NCBI RefSeq assembly: GCF_039654945.1
Contig: NW_027361676.1
Span: forward strand, 76,136,001-76,200,000
Direction of reading: 5' to 3'
Length of the DNA stretch: 64,000 bases
From: Dendrobates tinctorius
Lineage: Eukaryota
A program made the position numbers and the translations under genes. The stretch's first letter is position 1, and every line of letters starts with the position of its first letter. The notes beneath the pieces were generated by a model. That model did not search any database. It saw nothing but the letters and a program-made list of their open reading frames with translations, and had not been told where the DNA came from. This document shows positions 12,411-26,119 of the stretch, one piece after another.

Positions 12411-14379
12411 AGATGGCATTGCAGCTTGCTACCTGGCTGCTGATAGATCATGTGATCAAACCTATCAGCCTCATCCAATATGCTTAAACATTAAATGGAG
12501 AAGACCTATATTTTTTAAATCAGTTGATGGTGTTTTGCTTTATGTATCAGTTTAAAATTACAGTGAGGTGTATGTCACCATTGGCCTATGTAGATCCCCG
12601 GTTTAATCTTTAGTCCTTTAGATGCATGTAGTCCAACCTTAATGTAATTCCAAATGACTTGGATCAAGGCAGGTTTGACAATAGTCCTCTGAAAAGGATA
12701 GACTTCCTTTACCAGCTTACATTCTAAACTTTCCCTTCAAGCATATGATCTTGGTTTCTATACCACCTTGTTTTGGACGAAGCTCACTTAAACACTGGAC
12801 CTCCGATGATAAATATTGGCCAGCCACTATATTACGTCATTGAGAATCAGCAACCTTTTTCATAACATTTGATGCTGCTGACATGTAGACTGTTGTACCA
12901 TGTATTATTTCTATCTCAAAAGATGAAACAGGATAGAATTCCTCCAGATAACCCACAGTGATATCTTCTCCAGGAATTTCTGCACTGCACCCAGAAAAAT
13001 AGGAAACCGCGTTTATAAAAAACATACTGCATTTTTCTATCATTTTACTTTTTAACATTTGTGTGTATTTCAGAATTCCAATATGAAGACATAAACAACA
13101 TGGATTCTAAATGAAAGAGTGACAAAATAAAGGTCGTGCACAACTTCCCTCAGCTTCAAAATGAAAAAAAAAATCCAGGACACTTTATTTTTTTTAACTA
13201 GAGAATGTACAGTTTAGAGGATAGCCTGGTGATATTCAATCCTACCATCATGTTCTGGAACAGTGCTCAACAGTGAGCACATTACATTACCCAGCCCATT
13301 TGACCATCTGCCCACTTGGAGGCAGCATTGTATAGTATACATATAGCATGACACCTTAGGAGATCACGAAAATGGCAGCTTTTAGTATATGGAGATATGA
13401 TATGCAAACTCAGATCTCTTGGTGTGCAAAGCAATTTTGATATATATGCGCATACCTACATACACATATATGCATTGCAAGGTCCGCTGCTACAGCTGGT
13501 ATGTGACTATGTATAGAAAGATGTTAAAGCGCATTATTGCACCTCATAGTATATCCACAATTTTATCATCTTAAAAGTAAAAAACAAAAACATTGTCTAT
13601 TGATTTCACCATTTTCAAAGATACCCATTTGTCTGTATTGCACAGAACATTGGGCGGCCTGGATGAGCAGAATGATAAGAATGAATAATTGAAATATCAT
13701 TATATGGATTTAAAAGCAGAAATGTCAAAGCAGGAAATAACTTTGGACTTAGGAAATAACAGTGCTTAAGAATTTGCGGGCAAGGATTATAAAGAGAAGA
13801 TAAAATCTCTAGCATTTGGTTTGGATTTTGTGCTCCGAAAGAGGAAATGTCAAATTACTTCAGTTTCACATGAACTGCCCTAATATAAAAATGGCAACAG
13901 GGACTGACAAGACAATACACAAATGATGAAGTTACATACATATAGTGTAATCCTGTATTCAAATGTTGAAATATCCAATACCATTATATCTGTAAAATAA
14001 AACTAAAAATATTAATAGTTTGGAAATATGCCTCCCATGGAGTATAGAACTTTAAGGGTTGCTAGTGCCATCTAGCTTGTCAAAGGCTGTGAATGCAATA
14101 TATATTCCCTAGGTATACAGAGTTCAGGCTCTGGATTGTGGACTGCAAAATAACTGAAACCAGATGTCTCGTAGCATGGATCCCATTGGCACCTGAAGGA
14201 CCTCCAATGGGTCAATAGGGTTACACTGGTTTATGTTGCTTTCCTGTGAAGAATAGTGCTGCTTGTAGTCAAACCAAGTGAGATCTGTGGCAGCGCCTCC
14301 AACGCATTTGTGAGCAAACACTGAACTTCACGGAGCCTGATCATAGATAAGCATGGAATCTCTGCAAAATTCTATGTTG

Positions 14380-15213
14380 CAAACCACACAGGCCTAAATG
14401 CATCTGCACTAATACACTTGTGGCCTCTGTTCACACGGGATGCATTCTAGTTGGCACTGGGCAGCCCCCCTATATGGTGTTACTAAGAGGCTGTGAACCA
14501 GAAGCCCTGCATTCCCTGTGTGAACACTGCCACATGCGGATTATTTCTTCTGCACTTGTGTGCCACACGGCCAATCCCTGATTGTAGGCTGGCTGTTTCA
14601 TTTGGTATTTATGCACCTGTGCAGCTGCCATTTTACTTGGGTCCGCTGCACCCTGTATTAGTGCAGATGCATTTAGGCCTGTCTGGTTTCTATCTGAATT
14701 TTTTGGAGGATTTTTTCCTCTTTTTGAGGTTTTCATGTTAGAGTAGGGCTGGCAAGTGTAAGGAACTTTGATGCAGTTTGCCAGCTTCCATATTAAGGCC
14801 TTAATATCAACCAATACCTTACATGTATTGATATGTTTTTTGTGCACTTTTTATATTTTTTTCAGGGTGCAGTTGGGCCCAAATGGTTCTGCAAACTTGT
14901 GCCCTCTGTTCACACGGGATGCATTCTAGTTGGCACTGGGCATCCCCCCTATATGGTGTTACTAAGAGGTTGTGAGCCAGAAGCCCTGCATTCCCCGTGT
15001 GAACACTGCCACATGTGGATTATTTCTTCTGCACTGGTGTACCACACGGCCAATCCCTGATTGTAGGCTGGCTGTTTCATTTGGTATTTATGTACCTGTG
15101 CAGCTGCCATTTTACTTGGGTCCGCCGCACCCTGTATTAGTGCAGATGCATTTAGGCCTGTCTGGTTTGTATCTGAATTTTTTGGAGGATTTTTTCCTCT
15201 TTTTGAGGTTTTT
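14380..15213 (+). mobile_element. Non-coding insertion with Penelope-like architecture: short inverted arm plus ~1.7 tandem copies of a ~480-bp unit
   Basis: 14-bp TSD AAAATTCTATGTTG (14366-14379, 15214-15227). 14380-14417 is the reverse complement of 15133-15169. Direct repeats start at 14418 and 14897. Confidence 0.7.
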
Positions 15214-16060
15214 AAAATTCTATGTTGTCATGAGTTGTCTCCATTCATGGTTCACAAAGGTAACACATAGAAGACATACTTTTAAAAAGAAATGCTACAT
15301 AATATGCCACATAGGGGGTCATAATTGGTGGTATATAGCAATACATTAGGGTCCCTTAGACTTCTTGGGGTGACATATTAAAGCTTCACACAATTGAAAT
15401 GTTAGTGTGTCACTAAGATTCTGCATTGTTGGTCTTTTTTACTTTTTTTGTGACTTACTTGAACCTTACAAGTCATAATGGAATAGAAGGCATTGGGATT
15501 AATGACATATGTGGACACTTCCAGATTGATAGATTTTAGTAATGTCACCACTAGTGGTAATATTTTGCTGCTCTTAACACTGTTAATTGGCCGCCTCGTT
15601 AGTGCCTAAATAATCCGTATGGTAATTGGAACGATCCTTTCTCCGTCACTCTACAGGTGGTCCCTTTGAAAAGAAATAAGGCATGTGGTAAACGCTATTG
15701 ACGAAAGCTTGATCTCCACAGACATTGACTTGCTCTCTACTTTAAAGTGCTGCCATTCTCTTACCTTTTATATGTAAAACCACCAATTATTCAGTTTTCA
15801 TAAAAAGAAGACAGGAAATATTCTAATAGATGGACCAAGAGCACCAATGGTTGTTACTGTAATTAAAAAGATTTTATCCATAATGACATATTTCTGTGTC
15901 CATGGAGTATTCTCATGCATTGCTGTCATGCCTAAGCTCAGTTATATGAATGAAAGTGTTGTTGATGTTTTATGTCCTTGTGCTGTAATGCTGGCAAAAA
16001 AGAAACAATAGAAAGAAACAATGTAATAGTAGAAGAAATATGTTAAGTTAATGTTTGGTT

Positions 16061-16828
16061 AATAATAATAATAATAATATTTTTTATTTAAATGGCACCA
16101 ACATATTTTGCAGCACTTTACAATTCAGAGAGGAAATTTACAGACAATATCAGACAATACAGATAACCCATAGTTCAACAGATAGCAACCAAGAGGAGTG
16201 CGAGCCCTGCTCGCAAGTTACAATCTATGAGGGAATAAGGGAGACATGAAAGGTAAATGGTAAAAAATGCTTGTATTATATGGTCCAGTAATCAATATTA
16301 TAAACAGGGTTTTCAAATAACGCTGCATAAACCGGTCATCAGCCAATTTGTGTACAAGTACAGGTACAGAGGGCTATGCATGGTGTGTGAACAGATGCTA
16401 GAAGACACCAGAGTCTGGGGAAAATGTAGGAAGTGCAAAAATTGAATAGTTAGATAGTGAGGTAAGGTGATAGGCTATTCTAAAGAAAAGCCTTTTTAGG
16501 GCACTCGTAAAACTGTGGATATTGGGAATTAATCAAATTTTCCGGGGTAGAGCATTCCATAGAACTGGTACAGCATGAAAAAAGTCTTAGATATAGGAAT
16601 GGGAGATTCAGATTTTAAAGGATGTTAGTTTTAGGTCATTAGAAAAAACAGAGAGCACAGACAGGGTGGTAGACAGAGATGAGGGAGGAGATATTATGTG
16701 GTGCAGAACTGCAGAGAGCTTTGTGAGTGAGAAAGATAAGCTTATATTGGACTCTGTAATGGATATACAACCAGTGCAGTGACTGGCACAGGAAGGAGGT
16801 ATTGATGTAATGGTTAAACAGGAATATG
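16061..16828 (-). mobile_element. L2-clade LINE 3' fragment
   Basis: (AAT)n tail at 16061. ORF remnant LCQSLHWLYIHYRVQYKLIFLTHKAL matches the L2 LHWLP motif region. Confidence 0.8.
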
Positions 16829-17721
16829 TGTGGTGACACCGCATTTAATCTGAATTATCCAGACTTATTTCAGTAGGCCCAGGAACATGAGCTAGAGTTC
16901 ATGTGAGAATGACTGTTGACCCTTATGTTCATTGAATTAATGTTCAACGGCTGCCATTTGTTGACTGGCTGATGGTTAACTGTTTATCTGTCCTAGTATT
17001 GCAGTCCTAGTTTTGTTCTACTATCTTTGGGAAACAAATGCACAATGTTTGAATGGTTCTTAATATGTTGACCCATTGGTTCTCTGCAATATAAAGGACA
17101 ATCTATACATTTTGTTTGAACACTCCAGCAGTAAGGGATGGCCTCCTTCCACCTTCCCCCAAGCCTGTGGTGGAATGACTGAACACAAGCAGGTTGTCCT
17201 TTTTATAGGTCACAACTTCTCATTCAAAGAGACTACAATAAAATAGCCATGGCATCTTGGCTCCAACTGATAAAATACAGAACTGCTTCATTGACTATCA
17301 TGAACCCTGAAAGACATTTATAGAATCCAGGTTTGGACTATCAAGTCATCTGGCCTCGTACATCAGTGGATTGTCATCTTCCTAAGCTTGTCATTATCTC
17401 CTCACTGTGGGGGCCTGCCAAAAGCGGGGAGCTACTGGTGGGGGTACTCGGCCCTGGAAACAGCTCTAATCCCAGCGAGTCAAAGGAAGGGTGAGACTAT
17501 CTAATTTGCACCACCTTGGGTATTTGTTGGGACTGTTCTGTATGACATTATGTGTTGGTGGTTCAATAAATTATTGCCACACTGTTTTACCCTCACACTG
17601 TGTTATCCTAGTAGTGTTCTGCCTATGTTACAGGGAGAGCGGGCATTCTGTGGGATGATTCCTGGTCCATGCGGTTTTGGCTAGCGGACCGGGACACCTG
17701 CCAAACCCCTGTATCTCCACA
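16829..17721 (+). mobile_element. Solo LTR
   Basis: TGTGGTGACA...TATCTCCACA, TSD ATATG (16824-16828, 17722-17726), AATAAA at ~17565. Confidence 0.7.
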
Positions 17722-18661
17722 ATATGTTATTGGTTTTTCAGAATGCAATGCTACCTCTGGCCAAGGATAGTCATGTTACACAGCTATCTAAGCTTAGGCT
17801 GACCATATTTGCCAAAATAAACATAATATGTGATTTTTGGGGATTTACAGGGTTCCACAAATTATTAAATTTCCCAAATATAAAAAGTTTCTGATGTTTA
17901 ACAGGAAGAAAGTTGAGAGATCTCGCCATACTCATTAAATGAACACCTGTCTTTATCATTGTGGGTGCAATTCCAATACTGCTAACCCACAGGAAACCAT
18001 AAAAAAAAACAGAAAAAAGGGGGTAGGCATATCCAAAGGAAATCTTCAAGGTTTATTTCATCTCCATCAGATTTACATTCACACATGGTAGTGTTGGCAG
18101 AAACACTGATTCGTGTCTGGCTCTGACTGCACCGTTAGTCACAGAGTATAGTCAACAATGTGAAAAAACGAACTTTTAAAGGAAACCATTACTGACCATT
18201 TCAAACAAATTTATAATTATGCAAATGCAATGAGAAAGTAAGATTATGCAAATATATGTTAGGAACATGCACAACCATCTAAACAATCAGGTAAAGAACA
18301 TCTCAGAAGAAAAAAAAATGGAAAATTACAAGTACCCCTAGTAGATGAACACAACAGTGTCATTTCTCTAGTTCATTCTTTAGGGTTGCTTTGTAACTAG
18401 CCTTGTGTTTCTGCCATCACTTCCATGTATCATTTTTTTATCAGATGGACATGGAATAATGCTTGAAAATTTTATTTTCTTTTTTATGGTTTCTGAAGTT
18501 TACTTGCATCTATGAGTAGATACGTTTTATTGTAAGTGAGTAATTTGTTGTCCCACTATAAGTCCTGTCATATGCCACTCAAGATAAAATGTTTTGGGGG
18601 GTCTAATTATAAATCTATGAATCAATAAAGATAGTCTGTACAGCTAAATGTTAAGGTTTAA

Positions 18662-19330
18662 AGAGTACCTATCACCAGTCTGAGAAACCTCTTATTAGCA
18701 TAAGTGGTCAGAAGGATCCCTAATGCCTCCTGAAAGGGTACCTTGGTTTTTAACTTAGTTGAGGAATGCCAGCATGATTTCTTAAAGCTTGATTCCACAA
18801 CTCTTTGCGGTCCATCTCACTGTGAAAAGCTGAGATCTTGCGTTTTACTGAAAGAGCTCACTTTTTTCACTAACCCATTTAGTAGCCACCTTGTAAAAGC
18901 TGCAGCAGTGCTAGATGTAAATGTAGATGCGCAAAGAACAGTGAAGCAGTGTAGATGTGCAAAGGACAAAATCTCAAGATCTCCCACTTTTAGGCCACTT
19001 TCAAGCGTTCAGTATTTGGTCAGTATTTTACATCAGTGTTTTTTTACACAAAACCAGGAGTGGATGATAAATACAGAAGTGGTGCATATGTTTCTATTAT
19101 AGTTTTCCACTGTTTGTTCCTCTCCTGATTTTGGTTTACAAATACTGGGGTAAAATACTGACCAAATACTGAATGTGTGAACGTGGCCTTACAATGAGGC
19201 GAGCCATGGAGATCCAACTCTGTAAGCCACAATTCCAAAACCAGTAGACTGCACTCAATGTTTGCAAGGAAATTGGATGCTTTAATGGGAGCATTAGGGA
19301 CCCTTCTGACTACTTTTGAAAATAAATGTT
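18662..19330. mobile_element. Degenerate T2/Kolobok-type MITE hosting a Harbinger MITE
   Basis: TTAA-AGAGTACCTATCA left end. Subterminal inverted match GGTCAGAAGGATCCCTAATGC / GCATTAGGGACCCTTCTGAC. Right TIR decayed. Confidence 0.5.
18993..19188. mobile_element. PIF/Harbinger-type MITE
   Basis: GGCCAC...GTGGCC TIRs, 3-bp TSD TTA, subterminal TCAGTATTT repeats. Confidence 0.8.
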
Positions 19331-19504
19331 AACTAGAAAAGTTATTAATCTGAGTCTGCACACTATTTCATAATAAAAAGGGCAGCCCAAAACTGGCGAT
19401 AAGTACCGTTAAAGGGCTTTTCTTTCCCTTTTAAAAGCTTGTCTGCCACATAAACAATTTTGCTCCTATTCAACGGTCAGGGGTTGACATTTTTACAATA
19501 TTAA

Positions 19505-21083
19505 CCCCTTTGTGCATATGGGTGTTTCACATTGGGGTGAACACATGTGGAGGTGGCTCAGGAGCTGACCACCCTAAATGCCTAAATGTAGCAGATTCCA
19601 GCTATATTATATATATATTATATATATGCTTCTACCCCGAGAAAAAGTCCCGTCAGATGTCTCTGGTCCATCTTAAATTTGTTAAAAATTTGCCTAATTG
19701 GGAGGAAAGTAAGGGAGTGTTTCATAATGTTCTTGGTTTTGAATCAACTTGCCGTCTGTTTCTAAATGCCATGTCCAAAGCAAGCTTTCAGGGCTGCAGT
19801 TAATAACCATTTAAACACCACTGTCAGACAGCAGCTGGCACAAGTGAACACCTGCTCCTATCACAGCCTTATGACATCCTGACATCATTTCTTAACATTG
19901 ATTGATTATTACCACAGCAGGGGTCTTGCTGCAGGCCCACTGTCACCTCCAACTTGGTCCTCCTCTGAAGCTCAGCTATGCGCTGAACATCAAATAGGAC
20001 CAAGATTTACCCCATTTACACCATATACTGCAATACTAAGGTATTGTAGAATAAGTGATCTGATTATCACAGATTCAAGTGCCCTAAGAGAACTAATAAA
20101 GTAAAAAGTAAAAAAAAGTTGTCAAACTATAAGTGAAGTTTAAAAAAAAATCCCAAAATTTGAATCACCACCTTTTAAAAAAGAAATAATTAAAAAAAAC
20201 ATATGTGGTATCACAGATTTATTAAAAGTCAAATCTATCGCAATATAAAAGTAATTTACCAAATCAGTAAACACCGTAATTATGAAAAAAAATCAAAATG
20301 TCATTATTGTGATTGATCAGTCCCCACACCTCTCCCAAAAAATAATAATATAATAATAATAAATTTTATTTCTATAGCGCCGACATATTCCGCAGCACCT
20401 TACATTTCAGAGGGGACTTGTACAGATGATAGACATTACAGCATAACAATAATCACATAGATCATAACAGATACCAAGAGGAATGAGGGCCCTGCTTGCA
20501 AGCTTACAATCTATGAGGAAAAAAGGGAGACACGAAAGGTGGGTGGTAACAATTGCCCTGATTATTTGGACCAGCCATAATGTTAAGTGTGTAACAAAAA
20601 ATCAACACAAAGTGATCAAATCGTTATATGCATGCCAAAATGGTATCAATTAAAATGTCAGTTCACCCCACAAAAAACAAGCCCTTATACAGCTCCACTT
20701 ATGGAAAAGAAAAAATGTTACATGTCTTGGAAAATGGCGACACAAAACAACTTTTTTTTACTAACTTAAAATTTCTAAATAAAAAAAATGGTGATATTTC
20801 CATAATTGTACTAATGTAGATAACCAGGTCATTTTTATAGCACAAAAACAAAACCCAAAAAACTATGTTGTAATTGTATATTTTTCATGATGTCATTCCA
20901 CTTTGAATTTTTTTCCCATTATTCAGTACATGATCCAGTAAAATGAATGGGGTCATTGAAAAAATATAATTCTCTCCACAAAAAACAGCCCTCATATTGC
21001 TATGTCGATGTGTTATGGCTTTTCTAAGAAGAGGAGGAATAAATTGAAAGCACAAAAAAATAAAATTACTCAGTCCCAAAGGG
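19505..21083 (-). mobile_element. Old piggyBac-type non-autonomous element (related to 45593-52237, opposite orientation)
   Basis: TTAA-CCCCTT left end, AAAGGG-TTTAA right end, shared AT-rich subterminal blocks. Confidence 0.6.
20341..20585 (-). mobile_element. L2 3' tail fragment inserted in the piggyBac-type element
   Basis: (AAT)n plus TATAGCGCCGACATATTCCGCAGCAC, homologous to 16061-16300. Confidence 0.75.
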
Positions 21084-21650
21084 TTTAATATTTGCGCGTA
21101 CTGTATTTGATAGTCTGTTGGACTGTATCAAACCAAGGCAATGTTCTGGAAGCTAAATACTCCAGCTGCAATCCGTCACCTGTTTGATAGCTACCATGGG
21201 TGTGATTTTGAATCTTCGAAACATTAAGAAGAGTAATGATGACTGTTATTATAGGGGAGACACTTATGTCAGACATTTTTGAGCTGTGGGAAGACTTTTG
21301 CATTGATAGTCGACTTAGTTCCCATGGCTGTTAGAATTAATGAGGATGACCTAGGTTCATTGATATTAATGAATGTTTATTTATTTCAAAATACATCATC
21401 TATGTGATATCTACCATACGACCAGAGTGAAGCCACCAAGTGATACCAAGAATGGGAGGTAACACTGCACTCATTTGCTCTCGCTGCCTTCCTAAAAAGC
21501 CTTCGCTCATTGCATACAGATATATACAATTAGCGCATTAGCTATATTCATCGATGTACTGTTTAGCTTTCCCAAGTGGTGCTTGAGTGCAGCCAAAATT
21601 ATATTACTTATCAAGTCATTAACATAAGGTTCTTCTTTACAGATTATGAC

Positions 21651-21961
21651 TAGAGTTGAGTGACTTTGGTCGGATCGGGTTTCATGAAACAAAATTTGAT
21701 TTGGATGAAACTGGTCCGACTAGGGCAAAGAAAGTCGGAGTTTCGTCCGAAACCCGACCCCAATGCAAGTGAATGCGGAATAAAAGTCGGCATTGAGTGG
21801 ATGAATGTCATCCGCTCAATGCCGACTTCTATTTCCCATTGACTTGCATTGGGGTCGGGTTTCAAACGAAATTCCAACTTTTTTTGCCCTAGTCGGACCA
21901 GTTTCATCTGAAACAAATTTTGTTTCATGAAACCCGATCCGACCAAAGTCGTTCAACTCTA
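21651..21961. mobile_element. hAT MITE, near-perfect palindrome
   Basis: TAGAGTTGA TIRs, 8-bp TSD ATTATGAC (21643-21650, 21962-21969). Confidence 0.9.
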
Positions 21962-23602
21962 ATTATGACATTAATCAGCACAGAATTTAGACAAAAAAAA
22001 TTATTGGTGCTCTCCATAGTGAGTGTGGACTCATTTTTAGGGGGGTTGCATTATTTCTCTTCACACTCTTAAGCAATTTTTTACTGTGTATTTGCATTAT
22101 GGCTGTGCCTATAACAACTTGTCTTGGGAGGGAACAGTATAAGCTAAGCTCTATTCTCGACTATCTTCAGCAGTTCTGTAGACAATGAACGGAATAGAGG
22201 TCAAGCATGCAAATCACCTTTTCATTCAATACAGGTCTTTTTAGAAGCCAATTCCAGCCATCAAGTACCCATTTCAGAGATTCCTGTGGATAGAATAAAA
22301 CTTTTGATTCTTTAAATAACTTTTAGAGACTGTTCCGGTGAAAAGAACCTATCACCTACTACAGGAAAGGTGACAACTTGTTGATGAGTGGGATGATCAG
22401 CAGAATGGAGTTTTTATCTCAATGTTACCTCAATTGTATCTCAATTATCAAAATTTGTACCTCAATTTTGACTGGAGTAGTAGTACCCATGCTTGACTAC
22501 CTCTTCATTCATTCCCAAGAGGGCTTCCAAGTGCTGCACTTTGGTCTTTCGGAAGCCTCATAGAGAATGAACAGAGTGGCGTTCGGGCATGCACATTGCC
22601 AATACATTCCAAGAGGGATAAAAGTAACCAATTGGGGATAAAAATTACCCTGTTCTGTTGACTGATATAGCTCCCAGCAGTCATACCATGACCAATCAAT
22701 CTATCATTACCTATCCTGAGGATAGGTGATAACTTGTTTTCATAAAAAAAAAGACTCAGATCCCTTATCCACCAATCTTTCCCATGCAAAGTTTTAATTG
22801 CGAGATACAACTGGTTTCCTTTTTACTCCTCATTCAGATGAGGCCTTGTTTGGCACATGGAGAGGAAGGACATATAGTGGTTAAGAACCGTCCATATTAA
22901 AAGATACACCCTGATGTGTTTGGATGGCATTTGCGCTCTTCGATCAAAAAATGCTAAGTACCTTATGTTTTTAATGGTTATAACAATATTAGAGAACATG
23001 TATTCATTAGTCACAGTGTACTGATGCTTCATGTATATATAAATTGGTTTTACCAGACACCCCTTTAAGGCTATGTCTCTGATAAATTAAGAGATAAAAA
23101 TTTAAATGAAGGACACTGCAAGTTAACATGAGTTCTATTGAAACTGCTCTTCTTTTCTGGTCTCTTTTTCCATCTTGGGTAAACTACGTAATATCAGCTG
23201 GGAAACAATACTATTCTATCCTACATTATTTAACTGCTTGTGGTAGCATGAAGATTGATAGTTTGGCCAATACCATCCAGTAGGCAAGTTCCAAATGGTC
23301 TATTCCAATATGTAAGCCTCCTTGTCAACCTTACCATTCCTTGCAAATCAGGGAAAATATATCACATAGGTTCTCCTAATCTATCTTTCCCGGTGCACAT
23401 AAAGAAGAAGGGTTGCATAAGAGACCTCATAGACTAAATTTCAAAGTCCCAGTAGGAAAATAAAAAAAAAAAAAAAAAGTCGAAACTGTGCTAATAATGT
23501 TATTGTAGTTTTAGGAGATAATTTTACACATCAGAAAAATGATTAAGAATAGAAGGAATATTTAGGCGTTGTACTACAAAATAATGACTAATATTGTGTT
23601 TA

Positions 23603-24572
23603 ACATAATCCAACATAGCAATGAACATGATACTTTTTCCTATCTAGAAAAAAGAACGTTCATAATGGCATAAACAAGAGGACAACTCCCTTAGAAATAT
23701 ATGAACCTACATAGAAAACGGAGTATAACGCCATAGAGTAAATAAACATAAATGGTTATAATATCAAAAATTATTCGCTCTTTATTAGTACAGGTGCATA
23801 AAAGGTGTACATTACAAAATACAATCATATGATCAGATGTCGGACATGACACTAAGAAAAGGAGGGGATGGATACACCGCACATGTATGGTAAATGCAAT
23901 GGTACAAAAAAATGATAATACATAGCCCCAAAAACCTGCATAAAGACTGATACCCATGCTGAAAAGTCTCACACTTGGCCGTCTAGTGTTACTACCAAAG
24001 TGAAGTACATACCAAAAAACATGGGGAATTCATGCAGGACCTTCCAGTAAAGTGCTATGTGCAAAAAGGTGTGGGGAAAATTATGGAAAGGTAACCATGC
24101 TTACCCATAAGGAAAGTGCATGTGCGTGGGCTCTGGGGCTGGACACCACGCACATGCACTTTCCTTATGGGTAAGCATGGTTACCTTTCCATAATTTTCC
24201 CCACACCTTTTTGCACATGGCACTTTACTGGAAGGTCCTGCATGAATTCCCCATGTTTTTTGGTATGTACTTCACTTTGGTAGTAACACTAGACGGCCAA
24301 GTGTGAGACTTTTCAGCATGGGTATCAGTCTTTATGCAGGTTTTTGGGGCTATGTATTATCATTTTTTGTACCATTGCATTTACCATACATGTGCGGTGT
24401 ATCCATCCCCTCCTTTTCTTAGTGTCATGTCCGACATCTGATCATATGATTGTATTTTGTAATGTACACCTTTTATGCACCTGTACTAATAAAGAGCGAA
24501 TAATTTTTGATATTATAACCATTTATGTTTATTTACTCTATGGCGTTATACTCCGTTTTCTATGTAGGTCCA
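23603..24572 (-). mobile_element. Fold-back palindromic insertion (~430-bp arms, 16-bp spacer), Penelope-like architecture
   Basis: 14-bp TSD TAATATTGTGTTTA (23589-23602, 24573-24586). Arms ~23700-24129 and 24146-24574, ~2 mismatches. The long arm on minus has GG|GTAAGC (24104) and TTTTTTCTAG| (23644) followed by an ATG. Confidence 0.75.
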
Positions 24573-25013
24573 TAATATTGTGTTTATAATTATATTATTT
24601 TTTTCGATTATTTGACTTTAGTGTCTCTCACACATTTTCATGTGCATTCTTCCTTGAATTGAGAAGAATGGATTTAACATGGGCTTGCTATGCACACTTT
24701 GAATAACTGGGATAAATACTGAAGATGGCATATACAGGACTCAACAGGTGCCACTCTGGATCTTCCACAAAATCCCAGCAGAATAAATGTAGCACACAAG
24801 TAGTGGAGATGTTTGAAATTTACAGAGGGCTCTGCTGTGATGGATGGATGCTAATCCTCTAAGTTAATTCCAATAAAATAAGTGCAAAATGTAAAGAAAG
24901 TCAAAGCGAAGGTGCGTAAGATATTCCTGCCTAGCGGCAGAGCTCAGGTGGACTCTACAAATGAAGATATGTCTGTAAGTAGACGCAAATGTCATTCTAC
25001 ACCCAGGGACGCA

Positions 25014-25058
25014 TGACCTTGACACAGATGACATCAGCAAGTGGAAGAGTATGACTCA
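25014..25058. promoter_or_regulatory. Candidate enhancer motif cluster: NR5A/ERR site, CRE-like, AP-1
   Basis: TGACCTTGA (25014-25022), TGACATCA (25029-25036) and TGACTCA (25052-25058) in apparently unique DNA. Confidence 0.25.
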
Positions 25059-26119
25059 GAGTTCTTAAGCAATGAATTCCAGGACTGAGGCCATTATAAA
25101 AATAAAAACAGACTTTTATGTAATACTGAGCAATTGTTGTGATTGGGAACGACGGTGGTTGTATGCCGTGCCTATACTTTGTATGAGCTGAAGGCCATTT
25201 CTGGAGTAAGATAGCAGAAATCTATGTCACTGTTCAATGCTATGATTTTTACTTTGTTCAGATCTTGCATGAATACTTTTTACAGGGCTTTGGTACTAAT
25301 TAGTGATATCCAAGGCACAAAGTGATAACACATACTGAATAAGTATATGCACCTGCCACCTGCTTAACCCCCCAAAATACACCTAAATTATTAAGCCACT
25401 TGTAAGTACAGACAGTTTAACCTTGAGGATGCAGGAACTTTTTTTTCATTATACATTAATGTGTTCTGACTGCCGTATTGTTACTTTTATCTTTATAATC
25501 TTGAACTATTTCACATCTTGAACACTTTTTTTATCACTAGAAAGTAAAGTACATTAATTATTATTTACAGTCTTCTTTTTAGCAATAAACAGGTGAAAAC
25601 ATTTAATCAGAAACAAGAAAGGTTTTAACTTCTATAATACTGAACCCTCAGATCACTGGACAGCAATGAGTTTGTGTTTACCCCCTTCTTTATATAGTTT
25701 TGTTCTAAAACGTGAGCAAAAGAGGGAAAAAGAGAAGTCTTCCATATGTGACCAACAGATAACTAATTTATAAAATGCTTTGGAAATTGCAGATGAGCTC
25801 AAGCTGATGTTTTCTGCTTGGGAGTTACTTTGTGTGACCATAAACCTTCAGTTCTATAAGTTTACATTGGATAATGCAAGATATTCATACAGAAACCTTT
25901 ATCATCCTGCATTTTATTCCATTTAATCTTAATCCCTAAATGGTTTCTGTTGTTTAAATAAACTTTTTATGATAGTGTAGCAAATCACTCAGGAAAATTG
26001 GTCACACACTAGAAACTGCAACTGAGCCTGCTGGTTTCCAAATAGACTAGAGATCCTGATCACGCAGCTCCCCAAGTGGTTCCTGTGTGAGTTGAAGTAG
26101 CCCTAACCACAGCCTAGAT

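Noticed and set aside
12837-13058. 73-aa ORF with protein-like composition
   Set aside because: No recognisable family or convincing splice sites.
14231-14361. Possible terminal exon on minus (IPCLSMIRLREVQCLLTNALEALPQISLGLTTSSTILHRKAT*)
   Set aside because: Weak acceptor, no recognisable homolog, no partner exons found.
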